In this document: positions 28,946 to 39,164 of the stretch, piece by piece
Numbering within the stretch: the stretch's first letter is position 1
Layout: every line of letters begins with the position of its first letter
From: an uncultured virus (IMG/VR IMGVR_UViG_3300042863_002994)
Taxonomy: Duplodnaviria; Heunggongvirae; Uroviricota; Caudoviricetes
DNA length: 64,000 bases
Direction: 5' to 3' (one strand)
Virus record (IMG/VR): IMGVR_UViG_3300042863_002994
Made by a program: the position numbers and the translations under genes
The notes under the pieces: generated by a model
What the model saw: the letters and a program-made list of their open reading frames with translations, nothing else
Database searches by the model: none
What the model was told of the DNA's origin: nothing

Positions 28946-29743
28946 TTAAAAACGAATTTTATATCCTTCAATTTCTTCAATTTCTGGAACTTTTAGACCT
29001 AGATCCAGAAAAACTTGTTCAAGTCTTTGTAAAATAATTAAATTGCCGTCTCTAATTACATCATGTTCGTTTAGGAATTCAATAACTTCATCCCATTTTT
29101 CATAAGGAAATAATTTGAATATCTGATATACTGTATTTCCTTCTACCTCAAATCTTCCTAACCAACCATCTTTAACTCCTTTAACATCTCTTAGTTGATT
29201 ATTATTACAATAAATTGCGCCGGAAATGCTTCCAGAAATTCCTTCTAAACTTATTAATTGATTATCACTACAGGAAAAATCACCACCAATTGATTTGGGA
29301 GAACCCTCTAAACTCTTTAATTGATTATCGCTACAATAAAAATTACCACTAACTAAAAGTGGAGCGACTGATAAACTATTTAATTGATTATAACTACAAT
29401 AAAAATTGCCACCAACTGAAAGGGGAGCACCTGATAAACTCTTTAATTCATTACTATAACAAGAAAAATCACCACCAACTGAAAGGGGAGCGCCTGATAA
29501 ACTTTTTAATTGATTCCTATGACAAGAAAAATCACCACTTACCTTTCCAAATTTTAAGGGAAGTTTAGTTAATCTGTTTCTATGTAAATTAACATCTCCA
29601 TCAACATCAATAGTTGAGTCTTCATTAATGGTATAATTCTTTATACCAAATTTCTTGCACTTTCGTTTGATAACACCTGTGTAGTCGATATCTTCTTTGG
29701 ATTCTTTAATAAAATTTTTATATCTAAATAATTTCTTACTCAT
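28946..29743 (-). CDS. Leucine-rich-repeat-like protein (22-aa repeats) with KLFRYKNFIKES leader
   Basis: About 6 repeats of NQLKSL.GAP.SVGG.F.C, visible as 66-bp DNA repeats. Confidence 0.8.
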   Translation of the reverse strand: MSKKLFRYKNFIKESKEDIDYTGVIKRKCKKFGIKNYTINEDSTIDVDGDVNLHRNRLTKLPLKFGKVSGDFSCHRNQLKSLSGAPLSVGGDFSCYSNELKSLSGAPLSVGGNFYCSYNQLNSLSVAPLLVSGNFYCSDNQLKSLEGSPKSIGGDFSCSDNQLISLEGISGSISGAIYCNNNQLRDVKGVKDGWLGRFEVEGNTVYQIFKLFPYEKWDEVIEFLNEHDVIRDGNLIILQRLEQVFLDLGLKVPEIEEIEGYKIRF

Positions 29744-30743
29744 GTTTCACTTTAATTTGAGAATCATTAAATGAGTAGTTTGATATCCATAGATCATAAG
29801 GAGTCTGATAAGAAAATTGGTTTGAAAAGGTCACAGATGATCTTATATTGGTAAATCCTGTTGAAAATATATTATGTACATAGAATCCACTATCTGGCAA
29901 ATTGCCGAATATTGATGGATAAGCAAATGTAAAATGTGAACCAGTTGCAAAATACATCTCTTCTGAAAATACAAAGTCAGTTGTTAATTCAGAAAAGCTC
30001 AATCCCAATATTGCAGTATCATCTATAAAGGTAGAAACCGCAAAAATCGAAGAGGTTGAAGAAGGTGTAAATCCACCAATAGATGATAAATCAATTGGTC
30101 CATAATATTTTCTATGTTTAAATTCTAATGAGGCAGTTGCACTGAATGTCAATGAGTCTAATGTTGAAAAACTCATTGTTACTGTATTCAATTCTACTAT
30201 ACTTGCAGAAGTTGAGAATGTAGGAGTAAAGTTATTTGTAGTACTACCTGATTCTGGATCACTACCAGTTGTAGAATAATCATTAAGAGGTGTACTAGGA
30301 CTTATAAATGATATTGTTGCAGATAAAGGAGATGATCCAACATCAATGATAAAGTTAACTGCGGTTGGAGTTGTTTGTCCGAATTCCAACTCAGTATTTG
30401 TTAATTCAATCAATTGTACATTTGGTGGAACATAAGGTAAGAGCAATGTATCAAGAAAATCTTGAAAAGATATTCCAGAGAATGTTGAACCTGATGATAT
30501 TCCACCTACGCCAATCGTTGATGGGGTTCCCAACGTATATGAGAATGATTGTGTAAGTGATTGAGAAGCAACTGTTTGTATTTGATTATAAAGTGTCCAT
30601 ATGGAATCTCGCACATCTTTTGCGTCAATCTCATTATTTGTATTGTCTGATAATCTTTGAAGTAATTGAGATATATCAGTCTCATATTGAGAGAACCAAC
30701 TCGGAAATGAACCGGTACCTATATCTGGAGATCCTAATGCCAT
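29736..30743 (-). CDS. Probable virion structural protein (S/T-rich)
   Basis: S/T/G-rich beta-type composition, TAATATATA upstream. Confidence 0.55.
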   Translation of the reverse strand: MALGSPDIGTGSFPSWFSQYETDISQLLQRLSDNTNNEIDAKDVRDSIWTLYNQIQTVASQSLTQSFSYTLGTPSTIGVGGISSGSTFSGISFQDFLDTLLLPYVPPNVQLIELTNTELEFGQTTPTAVNFIIDVGSSPLSATISFISPSTPLNDYSTTGSDPESGSTTNNFTPTFSTSASIVELNTVTMSFSTLDSLTFSATASLEFKHRKYYGPIDLSSIGGFTPSSTSSIFAVSTFIDDTAILGLSFSELTTDFVFSEEMYFATGSHFTFAYPSIFGNLPDSGFYVHNIFSTGFTNIRSSVTFSNQFSYQTPYDLWISNYSFNDSQIKVKHE

Positions 30744-30816
30744 TGTAAAAAATATTTTTCTTATATATTAATTTTATAATCTTATTTACCTATATTTGTA
30801 AAAAAATAAAATAGCT

Positions 30817-31677
30817 ATGATAAGAAGATCTTTTAGGAATTATAATCGGGAAGAATTGAATGAGAAAATAAATTCAATTGACATAACACGACAATCTAAT
30901 CAAGTAATAACCAAATATTTTGGAAGAGTTATAAAGGTATCAAATGTATCAGATATCTATGAGGTATTTGATATCAATTCATATTTAAATTCCAAACTTG
31001 ATCAAATTGAAAGCAACTTTTCAATATCAAAATATGATTTAACAGTTAAAGGAGGCATTCAATCACTGACTCTTATATCAGACCCCGTTGATATAAATGG
31101 CAATGAATTTCATAAATCTTTTTTTATTCTAAACTCAACTGATAGAAGTAGAAAACTTAGTTTTGATTTAGGACTTTTCTCAAAGAGTAAGAACTTTTTC
31201 ACAATACATTCTTCAAATATAGGTCTTTCTAAAAGGCATCTGAGAGGAGTAACAAAAGCTGCTGAAGAATCCACACAAAATATAAATGTAGAAACTTTTG
31301 ATCAACAGATCAATGATATAAGTTCATTGGTTAATCATAAAGTGAAATTATCTAATATCCGTGATATTATTGTTGATGAAAATCTTAAAGTAAATCACAG
31401 CAAGTTTGATTCATTCAAATGGAATATATTGAATTTTCAATCTGAGGGTAGAGTTCAATTATCCAATGATCAAAAGATGATGTTGAGAATGCCTTCTGAA
31501 AAACTTCAAATAACTGGAGAAAATGATTTTTATATTGATGCTTTTTTTGCTTTCCAGACTTATCTAAGGATATTTTCAAATCAAGATTCTCACCTGATTA
31601 AAAAAGAAACTGAGAAAATAATGAAAATAACTCAATGTTCAATAAGAAACAATCAATTGGAGTTACTTGGAATATGA
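30817..31677 (+). CDS. Hypothetical protein (possibly DUF932-like) with C-terminal IRNNQLELLGI
   Basis: ILNSTDRS motif, H downstream; family call weak. Confidence 0.6.
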   Translation: MIRRSFRNYNREELNEKINSIDITRQSNQVITKYFGRVIKVSNVSDIYEVFDINSYLNSKLDQIESNFSISKYDLTVKGGIQSLTLISDPVDINGNEFHKSFFILNSTDRSRKLSFDLGLFSKSKNFFTIHSSNIGLSKRHLRGVTKAAEESTQNINVETFDQQINDISSLVNHKVKLSNIRDIIVDENLKVNHSKFDSFKWNILNFQSEGRVQLSNDQKMMLRMPSEKLQITGENDFYIDAFFAFQTYLRIFSNQDSHLIKKETEKIMKITQCSIRNNQLELLGI

Positions 31678-32012
31678 ACAATTCAAATGGTTACTTTATA
31701 TTTAATGGAAAAGAGTTTAATTTCATTCAATCGCGAAGTAGGTGCACAATGAAATCGAAAGAAGATTATAGATCTTTTAATTTTTTATTATCAGATGAAT
31801 ATAAAGAAGATATAAAAGAACTATTAGACATATCAGATGAAATAGTAGTATTTTTTAAAGATAAAAGTAAAAGAACATCTGTTTTAAATTCAATGATATC
31901 AATTATATATGAGGAAACTACCATATATGGAATGTTTGAAGTGAAGTTCAGAACGAATATACCAATAGAAGAAATAAGAGAAATAAAATTAAAAAAACTA
32001 ATAAATGACTGA
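31635..32012 (+). CDS. Hypothetical protein with C-terminal IREIKLKKLI
   Basis: ORF plus motif; likely start at MNNSNG. Confidence 0.65.
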   Translation: MFNKKQSIGVTWNMNNSNGYFIFNGKEFNFIQSRSRCTMKSKEDYRSFNFLLSDEYKEDIKELLDISDEIVVFFKDKSKRTSVLNSMISIIYEETTIYGMFEVKFRTNIPIEEIREIKLKKLIND

Positions 32013-32433
32013 TTCAGGATTCATAAATTTTCCATTTCATCAACCTCACATCTTATCTATAAACAATGGTATCACATATTGCTATCTAATATCAATAGAT
32101 GTTGGAGATAATCTACCATCTTTGAATTTTAATATAGATTCAACATCATATACAGATGATGTGACTCCTAAGAAAATAACAGATACAAGTAAGATGTCTC
32201 TTAGTGATGCTATAAGTGCAATGAAAAATGTTGAACCTCTTATGATGGATCTTAATATAGTATCTGCAATTCTAATTGGTTCAACAGATCATATTTTCAA
32301 TAAAAAATCTGATATAAACCCATGGAACTGTTCTTTTTCAGATCTAACAACATCTGGTAAAGATCTATATTACTCAATAAAAAAGTTGCATTATGATAAA
32401 GAAATAAAAATAATAACAATAACTAAAATTTAA
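32005..32433 (+). CDS. Hypothetical protein
   Basis: 142-aa ORF. Confidence 0.65.
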   Translation: MTDSGFINFPFHQPHILSINNGITYCYLISIDVGDNLPSLNFNIDSTSYTDDVTPKKITDTSKMSLSDAISAMKNVEPLMMDLNIVSAILIGSTDHIFNKKSDINPWNCSFSDLTTSGKDLYYSIKKLHYDKEIKIITITKI

Positions 32434-32488
32434 CTTTTAAAATCAAAAATCAATATTTATATTTGTAAGGATAAATCGAAAACAATAC

Positions 32489-33751
32489 ATGAACAGAGAA
32501 AGAAAAACATCAGACATCTTTATATCAGAAGATTTTAGGAAAATACTTAATATTTTCAAGGATCAATCTACAATTGCTAAACTTCTTCTAAAACGTAGAA
32601 TTGGTAAAGAACTTCTACAGGCAGATCATATCAACTTTATTGATATATCAAAAACAGAAATGGATAAGATCTCCTATCTTACACAAGATAGAATTTCACA
32701 GATTTCACAATCTGATGTACATGATTTCTGGACAACTTCTAGGCGTTATAAATCTAAACCTGGTGCCTTTATCAACAAAATATTTAAAAATGTGGCAGGA
32801 ACCGAGGTTGAAAAATTTGCCACACTTTGGAAAACATTCTCTGTTGAGAAAAACTTCAAATTTAAAGTTATTAGTGGAGAAGACATTCGTAAATATTATT
32901 TGTCGGATAAACACTACTCAGATACAGGAACACTTGATTCTTCTTGTATGAAACACACAAAGTGTCAAAAATATCTCAACCTATATGTGGAAAATACCGC
33001 GGTTAAGATGTTGATAATGACTTTTGGTGATACAGATCAGATGATGGGTAGAGCACTTCTCTGGGAAACCATGGATGGCAAAAAGGTTATGGATCGAATC
33101 TATACTGTAAATGATGAAGAATATATGAACCATTTTATTAAATGGTCAGATGATAATGGATATTATTCAAAAAAATTCCAAAATTTCCGATCAGCGGTAC
33201 AATGGAAAAAAGGTTCTAATGAACATGACTTTGAATTGAAAGTTAAATTAGATAAACATGAATTTAATTACTATCCTTACTTTGATACATTTAAATTCTT
33301 GGATTTACAAGAGGGTGTTATTTCAAATGTTTGCCAAGATATAAATAACAGTTCCAGATTCAAGTGTCTTGTTTCTCCTTCTGGTGGATGGGAGAGTTCC
33401 AGCTTTCTTATAATTGATCATATTGATAGAGAATATTACTACAATGGTGATATGTCACAAGTTGTGAATGATTCGGGTGAATGTGTTTGGTTATATCGTG
33501 GAAATTGTAATTATTCAGATTTGTATGATACATATATTATACCATCGGAATCCATATTTTCAGAAGAAATAAGAGATTATATCTATAAAAATGATTCAAG
33601 AAATAATCAGGTATTAATTAATGAAAAAATTGAACTTATCAATAAAGAAAAAACATTTAATTTAAATCATTGGACCCATGTCGTTAGACAACGGATTCGT
33701 AACATAGAACAAGACCATCATCCACCAATAGCAGAACAAGAAAATGATTGA
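32489..33751 (+). CDS. Phage hypothetical protein (SCM...GRALLW...DRIY...PYFDT pattern)
   Basis: 420-aa ORF, TATATTTG upstream. Confidence 0.7.
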   Translation: MNRERKTSDIFISEDFRKILNIFKDQSTIAKLLLKRRIGKELLQADHINFIDISKTEMDKISYLTQDRISQISQSDVHDFWTTSRRYKSKPGAFINKIFKNVAGTEVEKFATLWKTFSVEKNFKFKVISGEDIRKYYLSDKHYSDTGTLDSSCMKHTKCQKYLNLYVENTAVKMLIMTFGDTDQMMGRALLWETMDGKKVMDRIYTVNDEEYMNHFIKWSDDNGYYSKKFQNFRSAVQWKKGSNEHDFELKVKLDKHEFNYYPYFDTFKFLDLQEGVISNVCQDINNSSRFKCLVSPSGGWESSSFLIIDHIDREYYYNGDMSQVVNDSGECVWLYRGNCNYSDLYDTYIIPSESIFSEEIRDYIYKNDSRNNQVLINEKIELINKEKTFNLNHWTHVVRQRIRNIEQDHHPPIAEQEND

Positions 33752-34133
33752 AGAAAAACTTAAAAATTGGAAAAAGGAACTAAAAAAAATATCACTTGAC
33801 ACAACATTCAGGGGAGATTCAAGTTCAATTTTCGTGAAAGGTCCTTATATTGTTGGATATGATGAATATAGTGACTTGAGCTTTAGAATTTCAAATTCAA
33901 CTGATGGATTTAATTTTTTTATCGAAAGATCTGGTAGTACTATGATAGATTCAAATATTGATATTGAAAAAAGTGATAAAGTATTCATCATTTATAAAAA
34001 CATTTTGAAGGATATAATTGATTTTGAGAGATCAATTTCAAATAAAATTCAACACTTTCCAAATCTTCCAAAAAAAGATGAAAGAGATATATTGATATCA
34101 GAAATTCTAAAGGAAATTAAAGAAAATCTTTGA
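33744..34133 (+). CDS. Hypothetical protein with ERDILISEIL near C-terminus
   Basis: ORF plus motif variant. Confidence 0.65.
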   Translation: MIEEKLKNWKKELKKISLDTTFRGDSSSIFVKGPYIVGYDEYSDLSFRISNSTDGFNFFIERSGSTMIDSNIDIEKSDKVFIIYKNILKDIIDFERSISNKIQHFPNLPKKDERDILISEILKEIKENL

Positions 34134-34162
34134 ACTAATTTAAAAAACTACATATAAATAGT

Positions 34163-34903
34163 ATGGTAGTTGATTTTATAGATAGATTCGAAGTATTCTC
34201 AGATCCAAATTTTGTTTTTAATCCTATTCAACATAAATACACATACAACGGAGTAAAGTATATATCGGTAACACAATTTTTAAAAAATTTCCATGAAGAG
34301 TTTGATACTGATTTTTGGTCTAAGCGAAAATCCGATGAAAGAGGAATTGATCAAGAAATTATATTAAAAGAATGGAAAGATAAAAATGATTACGCAAATT
34401 ATGTTGGAACAGAAACCCATAACTGGGTGGAGAATTACTTTAATAGAGTATATCAAGAACTTCCAACCAATTTAGATGTTATTGATAGAATAAATAAATT
34501 CAATAAAATATATGCAACTCATCTTTGTAAATTAGAACCTATAAAATTTGAATTAAGGATATTTTCTAAGAAGTATCCTATTGCTGGCACAATAGACTCA
34601 ATATTTCTCTATAATGACAAATTATTCATAATCGATTGGAAAACGAATTCGGATTTTAAAGATGATGATCATCCAAAGGGAAAATATCAAAAACTATTAG
34701 AACCATTTGATGAATATTATCAAAATCATTTAAATGAATATTCTATACAAATAAGTTTTTATGCTATGATATTAGAAGAATGGGGATTTGATGTTAGAGG
34801 AGGATATTTAGTACATTTTGGACCAGATACTGATGCCAAAATATATAAAACTATAGATTTTAGAGATAAATTAAAAAACTACATAAAAGATTATAAATTT
34901 TAA
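34163..34903 (+). CDS. PD-(D/E)XK exonuclease (Cas4/lambda-exo-like)
   Basis: SVT, GT.TH, E.RI, AGTID, IDWKT, Y..Q...YA. Confidence 0.85.
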   Translation: MVVDFIDRFEVFSDPNFVFNPIQHKYTYNGVKYISVTQFLKNFHEEFDTDFWSKRKSDERGIDQEIILKEWKDKNDYANYVGTETHNWVENYFNRVYQELPTNLDVIDRINKFNKIYATHLCKLEPIKFELRIFSKKYPIAGTIDSIFLYNDKLFIIDWKTNSDFKDDDHPKGKYQKLLEPFDEYYQNHLNEYSIQISFYAMILEEWGFDVRGGYLVHFGPDTDAKIYKTIDFRDKLKNYIKDYKF

Positions 34904-34918
34904 AAAATAAAAATAAAA

Positions 34919-35377
34919 ATGACAATTTACACATTAGATTTCGAGGAGTGTTTGAAAAATTTCAAAGAATACCATATTTCTTTGAAAAAGGTGAATGAGG
35001 AAAAAGAAAAATTCACAAAAGAAGTTGAGAATATCAAAAAAGAAATGGAAAGCATCATAAATCAATCAAGATCATTCCTATTGGATGATGCAACAAAAAA
35101 ATCATCAGCAATGAAATTCCAAGAACTTCAAGAAAAAGCAATAAGACTTGAATCTGATTTCAGATCAACCATTGTTGATATGCAAAATTCAGAAGTTGAG
35201 AAAAATTTCAATTCGCTCAATGAAATAATTAATAAATGGGCAGATCAATTAGATATTGATATTATTCTTAATAAAACTCAAGTAATTTTTTCAAAAATAT
35301 CATTTGATGTGACTTCTGAATTTATTCAGATTATGAAAGATCGTGAGATATATGAAGAATTCAGTGAGAAATACTAA
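34919..35377 (+). CDS. OmpH/Skp-like coiled-coil protein without signal peptide
   Basis: I..LD.E.CL, long helices, DIILNK..V.F...DVT.E pattern. Confidence 0.6.
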   Translation: MTIYTLDFEECLKNFKEYHISLKKVNEEKEKFTKEVENIKKEMESIINQSRSFLLDDATKKSSAMKFQELQEKAIRLESDFRSTIVDMQNSEVEKNFNSLNEIINKWADQLDIDIILNKTQVIFSKISFDVTSEFIQIMKDREIYEEFSEKY

Positions 35378-36249
35378 TGAAAAAATTATCTTCTCAAGTT
35401 GGCCAAACGCCCTTAATTAAAATCACAGAAAGAATCTTCGCAAAGTTTGAAGGTCAAAATCCAAGTGGTTCAATAAAAGATAGAATGGCGTCCTACATAA
35501 TAAATAACGCTGAAGAAAATAATCTTATTAAAAAAGGTGATACTATCATAGAAGCAACATCCGGTAACTCAGGAATTGCCTTTGCTTTCTTAGCAGCAGA
35601 AAGAGGTTATAAATGTATTATCATTATGCCGGCTAATATGAGTGAAGAAAGAAAACAAGTGTTGAGACTTTATGGTGCAGAACTTATTGAAGTACCAGAT
35701 GGTAAATTTGATGATGCAATTGCTTTAAGAGATAAAATGGCCGAAGAGAATGGTTACTTTAATCCTAATCAATTTCATAATCCACTAAATATACAAGCTC
35801 ATTATGAGGGAACTGGTGTTGAGATTCTACACCAACATACAGAGAAAATTGCATCATTTGTAGATGGAACAGGAACTGGAGGTACTCTTATGGGCATCTC
35901 TCGTCTTTTAAAGATGTATCATCCGTGGATGAAAGTGGTTGCTGTTGAGCCATCAGAATCTCCAGTTATGTCAGGTGGTCAACCAGGAATTCACGGAATT
36001 CAAGGAATTGGAGATGGTTCTAAATTCTTAGTTAATCTAAAAGAAGTTGATGATATTATAATTATATCAACAGAAGAAGCTAAAGAAAGAGCTAGGAGAC
36101 TTGCTAAAGAACAAGGTTTATTTGTAGGTATTAGTTCAGGGGCTAATATTTTAGCATCAGAAATATTGTTAGAAAAATACCCAGATATGGAAGGAAACAT
36201 CATTACTATATTGTGCGATAGAGGAGAAAGATATCTTTCTTGTTTATAA
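35377..36249 (+). CDS. cysK: Cysteine synthase (PLP-dependent)
   Basis: GQTPL, NPSGSIKDR, EATSGNSG, GTGGT, IQGIG, D.GERYLS. Confidence 0.95.
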   Translation: MKKLSSQVGQTPLIKITERIFAKFEGQNPSGSIKDRMASYIINNAEENNLIKKGDTIIEATSGNSGIAFAFLAAERGYKCIIIMPANMSEERKQVLRLYGAELIEVPDGKFDDAIALRDKMAEENGYFNPNQFHNPLNIQAHYEGTGVEILHQHTEKIASFVDGTGTGGTLMGISRLLKMYHPWMKVVAVEPSESPVMSGGQPGIHGIQGIGDGSKFLVNLKEVDDIIIISTEEAKERARRLAKEQGLFVGISSGANILASEILLEKYPDMEGNIITILCDRGERYLSCL

Positions 36250-36298
36250 TGAATCACTTAAAATCTTATTAATAAGATATAATTCGTATATTTGTAAA

Positions 36299-36748
36299 AT
36301 GAAAACTATATACATTGATATGGACGGGGTTCTTGCTGCTTTTAAATCGGCATCAGATCGTGATAAAATTTATTTTCCCGAACAGAAATATCCACAATCA
36401 CAAATTGGATTCTTTCTCAATTTGAAACCAATTGAAGATTCATTAGAGAGTTTTGTAGAACTGGAAAAATATTTCAATGTTTGGATTCTAACAAGACCAT
36501 CCGTTCAAAATCCACTCTGTTATACAGAGAAAGCACTTTGGGTTAAAAATCATCTTGGAATTGATGTTCAAAGAAGAACAATAATGGCAACTGATAAGTC
36601 TCTTTTAAAAGGAGATTATCTTATTGATGATGACACCAAACATGGTCAAACTGAGTTTGAAGGTGAGCACATCCATTTTGGAAATGCACCATTTGAAGAT
36701 TGGAAAAAAGTGGTTGAGTATATTCTAAAAAAAGAAAATATTAGTTAA
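36299..36748 (+). CDS. 5'(3')-deoxyribonucleotidase (HAD, NT5C-like)
   Basis: IDMDGVL, EKALW, K.LL.GDYLIDD. Confidence 0.85.
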   Translation: MKTIYIDMDGVLAAFKSASDRDKIYFPEQKYPQSQIGFFLNLKPIEDSLESFVELEKYFNVWILTRPSVQNPLCYTEKALWVKNHLGIDVQRRTIMATDKSLLKGDYLIDDDTKHGQTEFEGEHIHFGNAPFEDWKKVVEYILKKENIS

Positions 36749-36980
36749 ACTTTTTAACCAATTCTTTTTCTCGTTCTCTTCTCTTTTTAATGATCTCATC
36801 ATCAAAAAGTTCTGATCCAACTCGACCTTCTCTTCTTCTATGCGTTTTATTAATTTCTTTTATCGCTGCAATATAAGATTCTGAATCTGGTCCATATACC
36901 CTATCTGATATTTCTTGTATGAAAAGTTTATCAATTCTTCCACTTTCCCATTCTTCGTTGAATTTTTTTATTTTATTCAT
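36741..36980 (-). CDS. Small protein with MNKIKKFNEE leader
   Basis: ORF plus leader. Confidence 0.7.
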   Translation of the reverse strand: MNKIKKFNEEWESGRIDKLFIQEISDRVYGPDSESYIAAIKEINKTHRRREGRVGSELFDDEIIKKRREREKELVKKFN

Positions 36981-36992
36981 TTTTTCTATTTT

Positions 36993-37226
36993 TTATTTTA
37001 ATCTTTCTAATATTGATTTTAATGTATTTTCACGATCAGATGACATTTTATTCATTCCTCTCGCTGAAAATTTATCTACACTATTCTTAATAAGCCGTAA
37101 AATCATTGTTATCTCATAAGAAGATAACTGAACAGATTGAGTTTCATATTTTTTATCAATCAATTCTTCCATCGTTAATGATTTTTTTGGTCTTTCGAAA
37201 AATGATTCGAATTTTTTTATTTGCAT
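36993..37226 (-). CDS. Small protein with MQIKKFES leader
   Basis: ORF plus leader. Confidence 0.7.
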   Translation of the reverse strand: MQIKKFESFFERPKKSLTMEELIDKKYETQSVQLSSYEITMILRLIKNSVDKFSARGMNKMSSDRENTLKSILERLK

Positions 37227-37299
37227 AAACTTTTTATTTTATTTGTAATACTATATATATTATACTAAAAATGAAAAAATTGTAATATAAAATTTAACT

Positions 37300-38103
37300 T
37301 CAAATCAGATATTCAAATGCCTGATCATAAAGATTAATGAGATTTCTATCATATGTTAATGTAAAATTCCAAGTAGAAAAAGAAGCACTCATTGTAGAAC
37401 CTATTTTATCAACAATAAGGTAGGTTTTTTTATTATCTGAATCTTGTTGAAAGGCTGAGTCGGTATAAGCCAATCCATTTACTACATTTATAAATTCATC
37501 TACTTCTCTTATTGTTCCTACTTTTATATTATTGACGTGATTACTACCAGTTCCAGTAACATCAACTTTTAAAACATTACCACCTCTTATATAAGGCAGT
37601 GCTGTTGCTGAGGGATCGCCGCCAGTAACTTGTACAAAAGAAGCAGTAGAATAATCTTTTCCTTGTTTTAAAACATCTATTCTTATTATTCCCCTATTTT
37701 CATCATTTGAAATAACAACTCTTAATTCACCACCATCTCCATTTCCAACGGGGTCTATTACTTCTGCATAAGGATCAGAATCCTCTCTATATACATCCAG
37801 TCCTATTCGATATAAAGAATTATCTTTGAGTAATCTTTCAACTCCATCTTGTAAAATACTTCTAGTATTGAACATTATTTGATTCCAACTAGCTCTTTTA
37901 ATATTTGTTACTGAGAAATATTTTGTATAATCAAAATCATATTTTATGAATAAGACCTGAGTCAATACACCATACTGCTTATTTATAATTAGATTATCTA
38001 TATAATCGTAATATTCTTGGAAATTATCCCTGCCCTTTTTTGCAATCTTATCTATTTTCTGATAAGTTTTATCTAAATCTTTTTTAAATGATCTCCAAGC
38101 CAT
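37300..38103 (-). CDS. Probable virion structural protein
   Basis: I.V...G..Y...V.VTGG...ATA...GG.V..V.V...GS beta-repeat of the kind seen in tail proteins; late-type motif upstream. Confidence 0.55.
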   Translation of the reverse strand: MAWRSFKKDLDKTYQKIDKIAKKGRDNFQEYYDYIDNLIINKQYGVLTQVLFIKYDFDYTKYFSVTNIKRASWNQIMFNTRSILQDGVERLLKDNSLYRIGLDVYREDSDPYAEVIDPVGNGDGGELRVVISNDENRGIIRIDVLKQGKDYSTASFVQVTGGDPSATALPYIRGGNVLKVDVTGTGSNHVNNIKVGTIREVDEFINVVNGLAYTDSAFQQDSDNKKTYLIVDKIGSTMSASFSTWNFTLTYDRNLINLYDQAFEYLI

Positions 38104-38125
38104 TCTCTATATATTTAAAATCTTA

Positions 38126-39121
38126 TTATCCCAAAGCATCAGTTACTTTCTTCATTGTGTTTTCATCGTCAATCTTGGCGATTATCTTTGGAAGAACCTC
38201 AGCAACTTTTTTCATTTTATCAGAACCTTTCAAAGGAGTAAGTTCTTTAGCTATTACCGCATCAGGAGTTTCTGTTTGTGCCACACCTGGTATAACATCT
38301 GCCATTTTCTTTTCAAAATCTTCTTTTTCGCCGTCAAAAAAAAGACCATCTGGAGTTACTTTTAATACTTTTAATTTTCCTATATTATCTGGTTGTTCTT
38401 CAGGTTTTTTGTTTACATCATAGGATTTTGTTTTATATCTCACTTCTTTACCAACTAAATCTTCTTTCTTATCAACACCATAGCTTTTCAATAATGTTGC
38501 TTCATCTCCGGCAGAACCACTACTTTCAATTTTATTTTCAGTTTTATATTTTTCTGTTGCATCTTTAATTGATTTCTCATCATTTATCTTCTTTTTAAAT
38601 CCATCGACAATGGCTTTAATTTCAGCGATTCTAGCTTGTTTTTTAGCATTTAAGTCTTTTGCAGCTGCAAACTTTTTATCATAATCTTCTTTTAGACGAT
38701 TCATTTCATCTTTAAACATTCCAAAAAGAACACGACCACCAATTAAGGAGTCCTGAACAGCACCTTCGAATATTTTTGATTCTTTAACCGTTTTTATCTC
38801 TTTATCAAATTCAGCCATTTTTTCATCAATTTGCTTTCTAAAGGCATCAACCATCTGATTAATTTCACCTTCATCCTTAGCCTTATTAATATTATCAGTA
38901 TTGGATTTTAATATAACATCAATCGCAACAATAAATTTGGTCTTAACCTGTTCAAATTTCAATCCTTTTTTGAAATCATCTTTTAGAGATTTAAAAGGTG
39001 CCATCAAACCTCCAACAAAGTTTTTTAAAGCCCCTGTAGCAGATTTGAGAATGTCACCAATAAACTCTTCATTTACTTTTTCGGAATTCCTATGTGATTC
39101 AAAAGTTTTTATCCATTTCAT
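38126..39121 (-). CDS. Helical K/E-rich protein with MKWIKTFES leader (putative internal head protein)
   Basis: Leader plus internal VNEE, VKES, IFEG sites. Confidence 0.65.
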   Translation of the reverse strand: MKWIKTFESHRNSEKVNEEFIGDILKSATGALKNFVGGLMAPFKSLKDDFKKGLKFEQVKTKFIVAIDVILKSNTDNINKAKDEGEINQMVDAFRKQIDEKMAEFDKEIKTVKESKIFEGAVQDSLIGGRVLFGMFKDEMNRLKEDYDKKFAAAKDLNAKKQARIAEIKAIVDGFKKKINDEKSIKDATEKYKTENKIESSGSAGDEATLLKSYGVDKKEDLVGKEVRYKTKSYDVNKKPEEQPDNIGKLKVLKVTPDGLFFDGEKEDFEKKMADVIPGVAQTETPDAVIAKELTPLKGSDKMKKVAEVLPKIIAKIDDENTMKKVTDALG

Positions 39122-39164
39122 GTTTTTTTGATTATTTTTTATATTCTATATATTAAGTTATATT

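Noticed and set aside
34153..34160. Exact T4 late promoter TATAAATA
   Set aside because: One well-placed instance in very AT-rich DNA; the recurrent motif is TAATATATA
34163..34903. Cas4-like nuclease as part of a CRISPR system
   Set aside because: No array or other cas genes and no Fe-S Cys cluster; stand-alone phage exonuclease
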